NCBI GenBank assembly: GCA_005885015.1
Contig: VAYG01000052.1
Coordinates: 1-40,696 of the forward strand
Source: Actinomycetota bacterium
GTDB lineage: Bacteria; Actinomycetota; UBA4738
DNA: 40,696 nt
Reading direction: 5' to 3'
Shown here: piece after piece, positions 1 through 8,761 of the stretch
How the letters are laid out: each line of letters starts with the position of its first letter
Numbering within the stretch: position 1 is the stretch's first letter
Program-made: the position numbers and the translations under genes
The notes under the pieces: generated by a model
The model's database searches: none
Told to the model about the DNA's origin: nothing
What the model saw: only the letters and a program-made list of their open reading frames with translations

Positions 1-1731
1 TCGAGCGCCCCGAGGTCGAACATCGGCTCGGGCCGGGAGAGGCTGGGGAAGTTCCCCTCGGCCGCTCCCACCACGATCACCGTGTCGAACTCGAGCCCGG
101 CGGTGCCATGGGCGGTCAGGATCCGAACACCGTGGGCCCTCCTGCTCGACGACCCCTCGGCCAGGCCGGGGCCCTCCCGCCCTCCCTCGAGCATCTCGAG
201 GAACGCCTCGACGGAGCCTTCCCCTCGCTCCCCCGACCGGGCCGCGGCGTCGGAGAGCGCCAGAACCGCATCCAGGTCCCGCCGGGCCTGGGGTGACGTC
301 TCGGCTTCCTTGACCAGGCGACGGCTGTGTGGCAGGTCGCGCCACAGCAGCCGGTACGCGTCGAGCACCGAACGGCCGGCGATCCGTTCCGCCTGAGCGA
401 GGGAGCGGTTGAGGACTTCCAGGTCGGAGGCCTCCGCGGGCGTGAGGCCGTCGGTGCGGGACAGGGCCCCGGCCGGTCCCTCCCCCGCGGCCAGGGCCGC
501 GCGGACCAGGCTCCGGGCCGTGGCGGGGGACAGCCGCCCGAGCTCCGATACCAGGATCGCCTCGACCAGCTCACCCCGGTCCTCGGGGCGGGCCAGCCAC
601 TTCAAAGCCAGCACGAACGGGTGGACGGCGGGTTCGGCGAGCAGTGAGAGGCCGCCCTCCGGGCTGACCCTGGGAACCCCGGCGTCGTCGAGCGCCCTGA
701 TGAGGCCGGCCACGTCGGCGTCGTTCCGGCGGGCGACCACCGCGAGGTCCGCCCACGGCACTCCTTCGGCCACGTGGGTCCGCAGGAGCTCCCGGGCCAC
801 GGCGGCGAACTCCTCGGACTCATGAGTGGCGGCCCACGCCTCCCGGATCAGCGCGGGTGATCGATGTGGCGTCCGGAGGTCGACCTGCCGGGCCAGCGGG
901 ACGACCCGGAGGAATCGCCGGATCGGCTCGTCGGTGGTCCCTTGGAAAGAGAAGACGTGTGACCCGGGATCGCCCGCGACGATCAGGCTGATCCCGGCAG
1001 CCCGGATCACCAGCGACTCTTCCGCAAAGGTCGCCTCGTGGTAGTCGTCGACCAGCAGATGGTCGAAGGGTGGCCGGCCCTCGGCCAATGCGGCGGCCGA
1101 CTGCCCCACCAGGCCGGCGAAGTCGACCTCGTCCTGGCTGTGCAGCACGTCGAGGTAGCGCCGGTAGAACCTGGCCAGATCCGTGAACCCGGAGAGCCCC
1201 GCCCGCTCCGCCCTGGTGGCGATCTCCTCCGGGCTGAGGAGCGCCTCCTGCGCCCTGAGGAGGAACTGCCGGACCTGGTCGGCGAACCCGACGAGCGTGA
1301 GCATGCTCCCGAACGCCCGCCATTCCGAGGCCACCTCGCCCGCGAGGAGGTCCCACACCCGAGCCGACTGGTCCGCGGCGGCCAAGACCTCCGGGGGCTT
1401 CCCATACCCCAGCCGCTCGAATCGCTCGGCCATGACGTGGTGGGCCAGCCCGTGGACGGTCATCACCTTCATACCCGGGAGCGCCCGGGCCAGCCGGCCC
1501 GACAGGACGTCGCGGGCCGCCGACCTGTCGCCCCTCGATCGAACGACCAGTCCGGCCCGCTCAGGATCCGCTCCCGACTCGATGAGCCGGGCGAACCGCT
1601 CCCGGAGCGTCCACGTCTTCCCCGCACCGGGCGTGCCTGTCAGGAGCAGCGGGCCCTGCTCGTGCGCCAACGCCGCTGCCTGTTGGGGGTCCGGTTGGAG
1701 AATCGTGCCGACTGCCATCCGAGCCTGCATG
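1..1731 (-). CDS. UvrD/Rep-type SF1 DNA helicase, N-terminal ~570 codons (C-terminus beyond the left edge); frame broken near codon 17
   Basis: Reverse-strand translation reads AAALAHEQGPLLLTGTPGAGKT (Walker A), HLLVDDYHE (motif II-like), IVAGDPGSHVFSFQG (motif III-like) and ILTAHGTAGLEFDTVIVVGAAEGNFP at the edge. It is missing from the ORF track because there is no stop inside the window. The ATG codons at 1731/1719 lie in a different frame from the Walker A (see finding). Confidence 0.8.
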
Positions 1732-1760
1732 CTACGCCCCGCCTCGGACAGGCCAGAGGC

Positions 1761-2141
1761 TCAGGGTGCCGGCGGACTGGACTCCGCTCGCTCCATCCGG
1801 ACGACCGCTTCCGGGAACGGACGGTAGGCGCCGGCGGGATCCCACCCGATGGCACCATCGCCGCTCGGGACGAAGCGCACCCGCAGTCCTTCGGCACCAG
1901 CCCTGGTGCGGGCTGCGGCCTGGAACCAGCTCAGCGATCCAGGAGGAAGGACCACCGGACCTGCCGTCCCCGGCGGCTCCAGGGAAGGGTCCTCGGCGAG
2001 GACGGCCACAGGGCGGACGATTCGCCGCAATGTCGCGGCCACCTCCGGCTCCCCGGCGTGGACCCGGACACGGCCGCCCTCCCACGTGGCCTCGGCCACC
2101 ACCTGATCAGGGCTCTCGGGCCGGAAGAACTCGGCCCGCAC
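1761..2141 (-). CDS. hypothetical protein (126 aa), no domain recognised
   Basis: ORF track. It is tightly packed between the DehI-like gene (stop 2147) and the helicase on the same strand, with G/C-rich third positions like its neighbours. Confidence 0.5.
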   Translation of the reverse strand: MRAEFFRPESPDQVVAEATWEGGRVRVHAGEPEVAATLRRIVRPVAVLAEDPSLEPPGTAGPVVLPPGSLSWFQAAARTRAGAEGLRVRFVPSGDGAIGWDPAGAYRPFPEAVVRMERAESSPPAP

Positions 2142-2146
2142 TCCCC

Positions 2147-3028
2147 TCAGCCCTCCGAGCCCACGTCCGGGGCTCCGAAGGTCGCCCAGAGGAAGGCCGC
2201 GGTCAGGGTCTGCGCCGGCATGGCTGCGTCGTGCTCACCGAGCGCTTCGGCAAGCTGAACCCGATCCTGCTCCTCGAACCCTCGGGCCCGGAGGGCGGCC
2301 CATTGCAGATCGACCGGGTGGGGCAGGGACGAGACCCCGGCCATCGTCATCCGGCGCAGCCGGAGCGACGCCGCCTTCCAGTCATCGCCCCCCAGGTGGA
2401 GCCTCAGCTCGCTCCACGCGGCCAGAAGGGCCGACGGCCACCGAGCGAACAACCGGAACGCAGCGGGGGGACCGGGAAGCGAGTAGAGGCGGGCCGCCTC
2501 CTGCAACACATCCTGTGCCCGCTCCGGAGCGGGCTGGAAGGACATCCATCGTTGCCACTCGGGGATACCCCTGCGGACCGGGGGTTCCTCGCGGCCGGTC
2601 CCCTTCAGCCGTTCCCGGCGCACGGCGCGAGTGAATCCATGCACGACGATCTGCGTCTTGGCCATCACCAGGTGGGCGGCCCGGGCGCATTCCACGATGC
2701 GGGTCACCTCGCCTTCGGACAGCTCACCGTCGAGCCGCTTGCGGAGATCCGGAACGTCCACCCAGGAGCGCACCGCGTCGGCCGCCTCGGTTCGCAGCGA
2801 ACGGGCCAGGACGAGGAAGCTCTTCCCGACGTTCGGCCGGATCGCCGACCACGCCGCGGTGAAGAAGACCGGATAGGCGGCGATCGCGTCGAGCGTCGGA
2901 TCGATCCAACCCGTGCGGAGGGTCTGCCGGATGTCCTCTCGGACCGCTCCCAGCACCAGGGCGGGGTCGGATCCGTCGTGCCCGCCGGTGCCGTCCTCGG
3001 AGTACGTGTTCGCGCGGAACCCCGTCAT
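2147..3028 (-). CDS. DehI (halocarboxylic acid dehalogenase I) family protein
   Basis: REDIRQTLRTGWIDP..AAYPVFFTAAW and LRKRLDGELSEGEVTRIV resemble the YEDIRLTLRVPWV..FPGYLPLAW and LKERLYAAGFDDGEIEKV segments of Pseudomonas DehI as I recall it. Confidence 0.55.
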   Translation of the reverse strand: MTGFRANTYSEDGTGGHDGSDPALVLGAVREDIRQTLRTGWIDPTLDAIAAYPVFFTAAWSAIRPNVGKSFLVLARSLRTEAADAVRSWVDVPDLRKRLDGELSEGEVTRIVECARAAHLVMAKTQIVVHGFTRAVRRERLKGTGREEPPVRRGIPEWQRWMSFQPAPERAQDVLQEAARLYSLPGPPAAFRLFARWPSALLAAWSELRLHLGGDDWKAASLRLRRMTMAGVSSLPHPVDLQWAALRARGFEEQDRVQLAEALGEHDAAMPAQTLTAAFLWATFGAPDVGSEG

Positions 3029-3119
3029 GTCACCTCGTCACGAGGCCTGGGAGGGACTCCTCGACCGTGGAGAGCGAGCAGCGAGCCTAGCAGCACCCGG
3101 TCGTCCGTCCCACCCCCCT

Positions 3120-3153
3120 TTCGAGGAAAACGTGTCTTCGAGTAAAACGTGTC
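3120..3153. repeat. 17-bp tandem direct repeat TTCGAG(G/T)AAAACGTGTC x2 in a divergent promoter region
   Basis: Read directly: 3120-3136 and 3137-3153 differ at one base. It is an AT-rich island in GC-rich DNA, 42 nt upstream of the crp-like GTG. Confidence 0.9.
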
Positions 3154-3194
3154 GGCGCCCCGCGGTAGGGTTCGGACCGAGAGGGAGGCGTTGC

Positions 3195-3863
3195 GTGGGT
3201 CGAGTTCCCAACCCTCTCCCCCTCGGCCACCGTGAACGGGCGCGGCTGTCCCCCGTCACGGCCCTCGGGACCGGGCAGCTCCGCAGGTTCCGCGACCGAG
3301 ACGTGATCGTCCGGCAAGGGTCCCGGCCCGAGGTCCTGTTCATCGTGGAGGAAGGAGTCGTCGCCCTGGCCACGTGCACACCCACGGGGCAACGGTGCGT
3401 CATCGATCTGCTCGGGCCGGGCGATCCGTTCAACGAAGGTGCCATCGCCATGGCCGCATCCGACGCCGAAGGGTTGGAGGCTCGGGCCGTCGGGTCGTGC
3501 GCGGTCCTGGCCATCCCCCGCCCGTCGCTCGAGGCCAGGCTGCGCGACCCGCTCGCGGCGTGGCTGGCCGCCTCGATGGCCTCCCGGCTCGCAGAGGCCC
3601 AGCGAGCGCTGGCCAGGTCGCTCTCTCTCGGCGCCCGCGAGCGGACGCTCGAGCTCCTCCGAACTCTGGCCGGGCGATGGGGCCGCCCCAGCCCTGACGG
3701 GCTCGTGGTCGACGTCCCACTGACCCAGGACGACATGGCGGCGATGCTGGGGCTGGCCAGGGAGAGCGTGAATCGGGCTCTCCGAGCGCTCCACCGGACC
3801 GGAGCGGTCCGCCGTTCGGGACGCTCCTACGTCCTCGCCTCGGGGTCGTCCTCCGAGGTCTGA
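3195..3863 (+). CDS. Crp/Fnr-family transcriptional regulator (cNMP-binding domain plus C-terminal HTH)
   Basis: VIVRQGSRPEVLFIVEEGVVAL...LLGPGDPFNE (cNMP beta-roll) and PLTQDDMAAMLGLARESVNRALRAL (HTH). The GTG at 3195 follows GAGGGAGG (3181-3188). The longer track ORF from 2913 covers the intergenic repeat. Confidence 0.85.
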   Translation: MGRVPNPLPLGHRERARLSPVTALGTGQLRRFRDRDVIVRQGSRPEVLFIVEEGVVALATCTPTGQRCVIDLLGPGDPFNEGAIAMAASDAEGLEARAVGSCAVLAIPRPSLEARLRDPLAAWLAASMASRLAEAQRALARSLSLGARERTLELLRTLAGRWGRPSPDGLVVDVPLTQDDMAAMLGLARESVNRALRALHRTGAVRRSGRSYVLASGSSSEV

Positions 3864-4654
3864 GTGGATGCCTTCCCGCGCTCATGCCGGGAGCGGTCCC
3901 GGCGGAATCGATCCCCATCACGCCGCACCGCGCCGTCCGCCTCGAGCTTGATGAGGTGGGCCAGGACGGACCGCGCCGCGGCCTGATGCAGCCCGCCGGG
4001 GTAGTCGCCGTAGATGAGCGGCACCAGGTCGTCGGGTGTTCGCGGGCCACGTTCCAGCCCCGCCAGGATCTGCCGCTCCCGAAACCGCCGGTGCTCGATG
4101 TACTCCCGGAGCTTCCCATCCGCATCCGGAACGACCGGTCCGTGTCCGGGGAAGATCGTCCGAGCGCCGAGGGCCCGCATCCGGTCGAGCGAGTCCAGGT
4201 AATCCCGAAGGTCTCCGTCGGGCGGGTCGATCACGCTCGTACCCCGCCCCAGCACGGCGTCGCCGGTGAAGAGGGATCCGGAAGCCGGGTCGAAGAAGAC
4301 GACGTGGTCCTTGCTGTGGCCGGGGGCGCCGACCACCTCGAGGCGGACGCCTCCCGCGGTGAAGGCATGTCCCGGCAGGAGCGAGTTCTCTCCCTGCCGG
4401 GGAGCGGCAGCATGGACGGGAGCACCGGCCCGGGCGGCGAGAAGCGCGGCGCCCGCCCGATGGTCTGCGTGATGGTGGGTGAGCAGGATGGCCTCGATCG
4501 GCGAGGCCGCGCGACCCACCGCGTCGATGTGCCCGGGGTCGTCCGGTCCCGGGTCGATGACCAGGGTGGGACCCGTCCCCACGACCCAGGTGTTCGTGCC
4601 CTCGAGCGTGAACGGCCCGGGGTTGGGAGCCCGCACGCAGACGATGCCCTCCAT
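3827..4654 (-). CDS. MBL-fold metallo-hydrolase (glyoxalase II-like)
   Basis: LLTHHHADHRAGA, GAPGHSKDH, FTGD and FPGHGP motifs. Start taken at MEGIVCVRAPNPGPF (4654). The gene converges on and overlaps the crp-like gene by 37 nt. Confidence 0.85.
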   Translation of the reverse strand: MEGIVCVRAPNPGPFTLEGTNTWVVGTGPTLVIDPGPDDPGHIDAVGRAASPIEAILLTHHHADHRAGAALLAARAGAPVHAAAPRQGENSLLPGHAFTAGGVRLEVVGAPGHSKDHVVFFDPASGSLFTGDAVLGRGTSVIDPPDGDLRDYLDSLDRMRALGARTIFPGHGPVVPDADGKLREYIEHRRFRERQILAGLERGPRTPDDLVPLIYGDYPGGLHQAAARSVLAHLIKLEADGAVRRDGDRFRRDRSRHERGKASTQTSEDDPEART

Positions 4655-4691
4655 CGGACACCATGATGGCAGCGAGGGATCATCTCTCCCG

Positions 4692-5795
4692 ATGGGCGAC
4701 ACTACGGCTGATGGGCGAGCGGTCGCCGAACTGCTGCGGGCTCGGATCGCCCGGCAGGGCCCGATCACGTTCGCCGCGTTCATGGATGCCGCGCTCTACG
4801 GCGAGGGGGGGTTCTACGGGCGGCGGGCCGTCGGCGAACGCGGCGACTTCGTCACGGCCCCCCACGTGTCCCCCGTCTTCGGCATCCTGCTGGCGGCGCA
4901 GGTCGAGGAGTTTTGGCGGCTCCTGGACGAACCCGATCCCTTCTCGATCGTCGAGGCCGGGGCGGGAGACGGGACCCTGGCCCGCCAGGTAATGGATGCC
5001 CTGCCCGATGCGGTCCGGCGCCGATCGACCTACCTCGCCGTCGACCGCAGTCCCACGGCTCGGGCGGCCCTTCGGGCTGAAGGGCTTCGCGCGGCGGCGA
5101 GCGTCTCTGAGCTTCCTGCCGCCCGGCATGGCTGCCTGCTGGCGAACGAGCTGCTCGACAACCTCCCCTTCCATCGTCTTCGGATGACCGACGATGGCCC
5201 GGCCGAGCTCTACGTCCGCGTGGACGGAGATGGCTTCGAGCTGGTTCAGGGTCCCTTGTCCGAGCCCGGCCTGGCCGACCTCGTGCCCGCCGAGCTATCC
5301 GTGGGCCTCGAGTGGCCCGCCCGGCCGGCGGCCACGCGCTTCCTGGACGAGGCCATTCGGGCGATCGCCCGCGGCTACGTGTGGCTCGCCGACTACGCGT
5401 TGTCAGGAGCCGAGGAGGCCCCGTCGGTGCACGGCTACCGAGCCCACCGGCTGGAAACGGACGTGCTGTCCGAGCCGGGGTCCCGCGACATCACCGCAGG
5501 GGTCGACTTCGCGTCGCTGGCCCGCCATGCGAGCGGCCGAGGGCTTGCCGTGTGGGGTCCGGTTTCCCAACGAGACGCCCTCCTGGCCCTGGGGTTCCGC
5601 GACCTGGATCGCCGGGCCCAGCAGCGACAGGTGGAGGCCGTCGCCGCGCGCCGCGGCATCGACGCCCTGCGCATCTACTCGAATCGGGCGCGGGCGAATC
5701 TGCTGCTGGCTCGGGGCGGCCTCGGCGACTTCAGCGTGATGTGCGTGGGGATCGGGGTGGAGCGGGAACCGGCCTCGACCAGCTCGACCCTCTGA
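4692..5795 (+). CDS. MidA/NDUFAF7-family (DUF185, Methyltransf_28) SAM-dependent methyltransferase
   Basis: ITFAAFMDAALYGEGGFYG...GDFVTAPHVSPVFGILLA...FSIVEAGAGDGTLA matches the family signature (GDFxTxPExSxxFGE, hhExGxGxGTL). Start at MGDTTADG (4692). Confidence 0.8.
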   Translation: MGDTTADGRAVAELLRARIARQGPITFAAFMDAALYGEGGFYGRRAVGERGDFVTAPHVSPVFGILLAAQVEEFWRLLDEPDPFSIVEAGAGDGTLARQVMDALPDAVRRRSTYLAVDRSPTARAALRAEGLRAAASVSELPAARHGCLLANELLDNLPFHRLRMTDDGPAELYVRVDGDGFELVQGPLSEPGLADLVPAELSVGLEWPARPAATRFLDEAIRAIARGYVWLADYALSGAEEAPSVHGYRAHRLETDVLSEPGSRDITAGVDFASLARHASGRGLAVWGPVSQRDALLALGFRDLDRRAQQRQVEAVAARRGIDALRIYSNRARANLLLARGGLGDFSVMCVGIGVEREPASTSSTL

Positions 5796-5816
5796 GCGTA
5801 GAGGCCTCGCAGGGAC

Positions 5817-7004
5817 CTACCTGTCGACGTCCCCCACCACGAAGAAGATGCTCCCGAGGATGGCGATGAGGTCCGGTACCAGGGTGCCCGGCAGGATGGA
5901 TGGGATCATGGCGACGTTGGAGAACGAGGCAGTTCGCATCTTCATGCGGTACGGGTAGTCCCCTCCGTCCCCGACCACGTAGTACCCCATCAAGCCCAGC
6001 GGGTTCTCGGTGCGAACGTAGATCTCGCCTTCGGGCACCTTGATTTTCTTGGGCAACTTGGGCGAGACGAACTGACCGGGGGGGAGCCGGTCCATGCACT
6101 GCTCGACGATCTTGCACGACTCCCACATGCGTTGGACGAGCACCCACAGCCGGTCGTAGCAGTCGCCGTTCTGGCCGACCGGAACGTCGAACTCGACCTC
6201 GGCGTACTTCTCGTACGGGTCGTCCTTGCGAGAATCCATGGGGATCCCGCTGGCCTGGATGATCGGGCCCGAGCAGCCGAACGCCGTGGCCACCTCCGAC
6301 GGAAGGATCCCGATGCCCCTGGTCCGCACGTGGATGATCTCGTTGCCCATGATCAGGTTCTCGAAGTCCCGGAGCTTCGCCCGAATCCACCGGAGGACCT
6401 CCACCCCCTGTTTGAGGAATCCTCGCGGGAGGTCGTCCTTCAACCCGCCCACGCGAACGTAGGAGTGGTGCATCCTGGCCCCCGTTGCCGACTCCATGAG
6501 CCCCTGGATCATCTCCCGCTCTCGGAACGCGTAGAACATCGGGGTCATCGCCCCGAGCTCCAGGGGATAGGAGCCGGTGAACATGAGGTGGTTCAGGAGG
6601 CGGTTCCACTCCGCCATCATCGTCCGGATCCATTGGGCCCGTTCGGGAACCTCGATGCCGAGCAGCCGCTCCATCGCGAGGATCCACCCCAGCTCGTTGT
6701 TGAACGCCGACAGCCAGTCGTGGCGGTTCATCAAAACGAGCACCTGGCGCGGGTCGCGGTACTCCGAGAGCTTCTCCGCGCCGCGATGCATGTATCCGAT
6801 CACCGGCTCGGCCCGCACGATCATCTCGCCGTCGAGCTCGAGAACGATCCGCAGCACACCGTGGGTGGAGGGATGCTGCGGCCCGATGTTGAGGATCATC
6901 TCCTCGGTGCGCAGCTGGCCCTGGGTGACCACCTCGATGCCGCCTCCGCGGAGCATCCAGGCGTCGCTGGCAGCGGTGAACGCGGCCCGCTCCTTCAGGT
7001 CCAT
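5817..7004 (-). CDS. nuoD: NADH-quinone oxidoreductase subunit D (49-kDa/NDUFS2 family), orphan copy
   Basis: LNIGPQHPSTHGVLR, YMHRGAEKL, RAQWIRTMMAEWNRLLNHLM, GARMHHSYVRVGG, GDCYDR and ILGSIFFVVGDVDR. There are no NiFe cysteine motifs and no other nuo genes in the window. Confidence 0.9.
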   Translation of the reverse strand: MDLKERAAFTAASDAWMLRGGGIEVVTQGQLRTEEMILNIGPQHPSTHGVLRIVLELDGEMIVRAEPVIGYMHRGAEKLSEYRDPRQVLVLMNRHDWLSAFNNELGWILAMERLLGIEVPERAQWIRTMMAEWNRLLNHLMFTGSYPLELGAMTPMFYAFREREMIQGLMESATGARMHHSYVRVGGLKDDLPRGFLKQGVEVLRWIRAKLRDFENLIMGNEIIHVRTRGIGILPSEVATAFGCSGPIIQASGIPMDSRKDDPYEKYAEVEFDVPVGQNGDCYDRLWVLVQRMWESCKIVEQCMDRLPPGQFVSPKLPKKIKVPEGEIYVRTENPLGLMGYYVVGDGGDYPYRMKMRTASFSNVAMIPSILPGTLVPDLIAILGSIFFVVGDVDR

Positions 7005-7057
7005 CGGACGAAGGGTAACAGAGCCGCCGAAGGGAACCCCCTGCTAACCTCGATGCC

Positions 7058-7363
7058 GTGTCGGTCCTGTCCTACTTGCGGTTCGCACTGTCTCCGAACG
7101 CCGACCGCGATGACTTCGAACACGACATGCGCGCGATGCTCGGCCTGGCCGAGAGCCAACCCGGCTACCGCTGGAGCGAGATGGGCAGCTCCATGGTGGA
7201 CCCCACCGTCTACGTCGTGGTGTCCGAATGGGACGACGTGGACCGGATCAGATCCTGGGAGCACGAGGAGGAGCATTCGGGCGTGATGAAGAAGTGGGAG
7301 CCGCTGTATCGCGAGCCGCTCCTGCACCGGCGGTTCGTTCCCTGGGTCCGGCCGGCCACATGA
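7058..7363 (+). CDS. antibiotic-biosynthesis-monooxygenase (ABM) domain protein
   Basis: About 100 aa with a ferredoxin-like pattern ...VYVVVSEWDDVDRIRSWEHEEEH... Its stop overlaps the selA start (ATGA). Confidence 0.65.
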   Translation: MSVLSYLRFALSPNADRDDFEHDMRAMLGLAESQPGYRWSEMGSSMVDPTVYVVVSEWDDVDRIRSWEHEEEHSGVMKKWEPLYREPLLHRRFVPWVRPAT

Positions 7364-8748
7364 AGACCGACCAAGCTCCCACGGCGGTGAAGGCGACCCC
7401 AGCCGATGCCCGGCGCGGCGTTCCTTCCGTCGACGCGCTGTTGCGATCGGCGCCCGGCCGCAAGGGGGTCACCCGGTTCGGGCGGGCCCTCGTCAAGCAG
7501 GCGCTCGGCGCGACGCTTGCCGAGATCCGCGACCAGGCGACCCGCGGAACCGAGGTGCCCGAGGAAGGCATCATCCTGGCTCGGGCGTTGGGGGCGGCCG
7601 CCCGCAGCTACTACGGCCTGTCCGAGGTGATCAACGCGAGCGGCGTGGTCCTTCACACCGGCCTCGGCCGTGCCCCGCTTCCCCGTGGGGCGGCCGATGC
7701 GGCGGCCGGGGCCGCGCACGGGTACTCCGACCTCGAGGTCGACCGGGAGACGGGGGCGCGGGGGCGGCGCACGGCCCGGGCCGAGACGCTCCTCCGGGCC
7801 CTCACCGGAGCCCAGGACGCGCTGGTCGTCAACAACAACGCGGCGGCCCTCCTCCTGGCGCTGGCCGGCCTCGCCGCCGGCAGGGAGGTCCTGGTCTCGC
7901 GGGGCGAGCTGATCGAGATCGGAGGGGAGTTCCGACTGCCGGAGATCATGGCCGCGTCGGGAGCGCGGCTGGTGGAAGTGGGGACCACCAACCGGACCAG
8001 GGCCGGCGACTACCGGAAGGCCGTCGGCCGGCGGACCGCGATGATCCTCAAGGTCCACCCCAGCAACTACCGGGTGATCGGGTTCACGAACTCGGTGGAT
8101 CTGGGCGAGCTGTCGGAGCTGGCCCGAACGGCCAGGATCCCGCTCCTCTACGACGTGGGGAGCGGATTGCTCGAGCGCTTCCCCGAGGTCCCCGCGGACG
8201 AACCCGCCGTCGCCGAAGCGCTCGCGGCGGGGGCCGACCTCGTGTCGTTCTCCGGAGACAAGCTCCTGGGAGGTCCGCAGGCTGGGATGCTCGTCGGGCG
8301 GGCCGACCTGGTGGATCGACTCCGCCGGCATCCCCTGGCCCGCGCGCTTCGCGTCGACAAGATGACCGTGGCGGCGCTGGAGGCCGTGCTTCGCCTGTAC
8401 GCGACGGGTCGCCGGTCGGAGGTCCCGCTCTGGGGCCTGCTGTCCGTGCCCCAAGCCAAGCTGCTGTCGCGGGCCCGGGCCTTGGCCCAGCTGTTCCGGG
8501 GCGCGAGCGCCGGGGAGAGTCAGGCGGTGGCCGGGGGGGGATCCCTCCCGGGCTACGGCATCCCCTCGGCCCGGCTCGTCCTGCCGGCGGATTCGCCGAA
8601 CGATGTGGCCGCCCGGCTGAGGACGGGGCGTCCCTCGGTGTTCTGCCGGATCGAGGAGGGAGCGCTGGTGTTCGACCTCCGGGCCGTCCCCGCCGAGGAC
8701 GACGACCGGCTGGCTCGGGCCATCCGGTACGCGCTCCAGCTCGGCTGA
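7360..8748 (+). CDS. selA: L-seryl-tRNA(Sec) selenium transferase
   Basis: VINASGVVLHTGLGRAPL, VVNNNAAALLLAL, SRGELIEIGGEFRLPEIM and the PLP-lysine motif FSGDKLLGGPQAG. Confidence 0.9.
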   Translation: MKTDQAPTAVKATPADARRGVPSVDALLRSAPGRKGVTRFGRALVKQALGATLAEIRDQATRGTEVPEEGIILARALGAAARSYYGLSEVINASGVVLHTGLGRAPLPRGAADAAAGAAHGYSDLEVDRETGARGRRTARAETLLRALTGAQDALVVNNNAAALLLALAGLAAGREVLVSRGELIEIGGEFRLPEIMAASGARLVEVGTTNRTRAGDYRKAVGRRTAMILKVHPSNYRVIGFTNSVDLGELSELARTARIPLLYDVGSGLLERFPEVPADEPAVAEALAAGADLVSFSGDKLLGGPQAGMLVGRADLVDRLRRHPLARALRVDKMTVAALEAVLRLYATGRRSEVPLWGLLSVPQAKLLSRARALAQLFRGASAGESQAVAGGGSLPGYGIPSARLVLPADSPNDVAARLRTGRPSVFCRIEEGALVFDLRAVPAEDDDRLARAIRYALQLG

Positions 8749-8761
8749 CCCCGCCCGGTCC

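Noticed and set aside
1761-1763. The 126-aa ORF (1761..2141) and the helicase Walker A frame are the same reverse-strand frame, separated only by this TGA. With selA/selB in the window, a selenocysteine read-through fusion seemed possible.
   Set aside because: The alternative frame starting at ATG 1731/1719 gives LQPDPQQ. After removal of one G this joins AAALAHEQGPLLLTGTPGAGKT with canonical UvrD Q-motif spacing. The read-through segment (ASGLSEAGVACRLGWQSARFSNRTPNR) has no helicase-like features, and I see no obvious SECIS-type hairpin. A frameshift or indel is the simpler explanation.
7005-7057. A search for tRNA-Sec (selC) in the spacers flanking ABM-selA-selB (7005-7057, 8749-8761, 10652-10664).
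   Set aside because: The spacers are far shorter than a tRNA-Sec of about 95 nt and contain no acceptor or T-arm-like pairing. selC must lie elsewhere.
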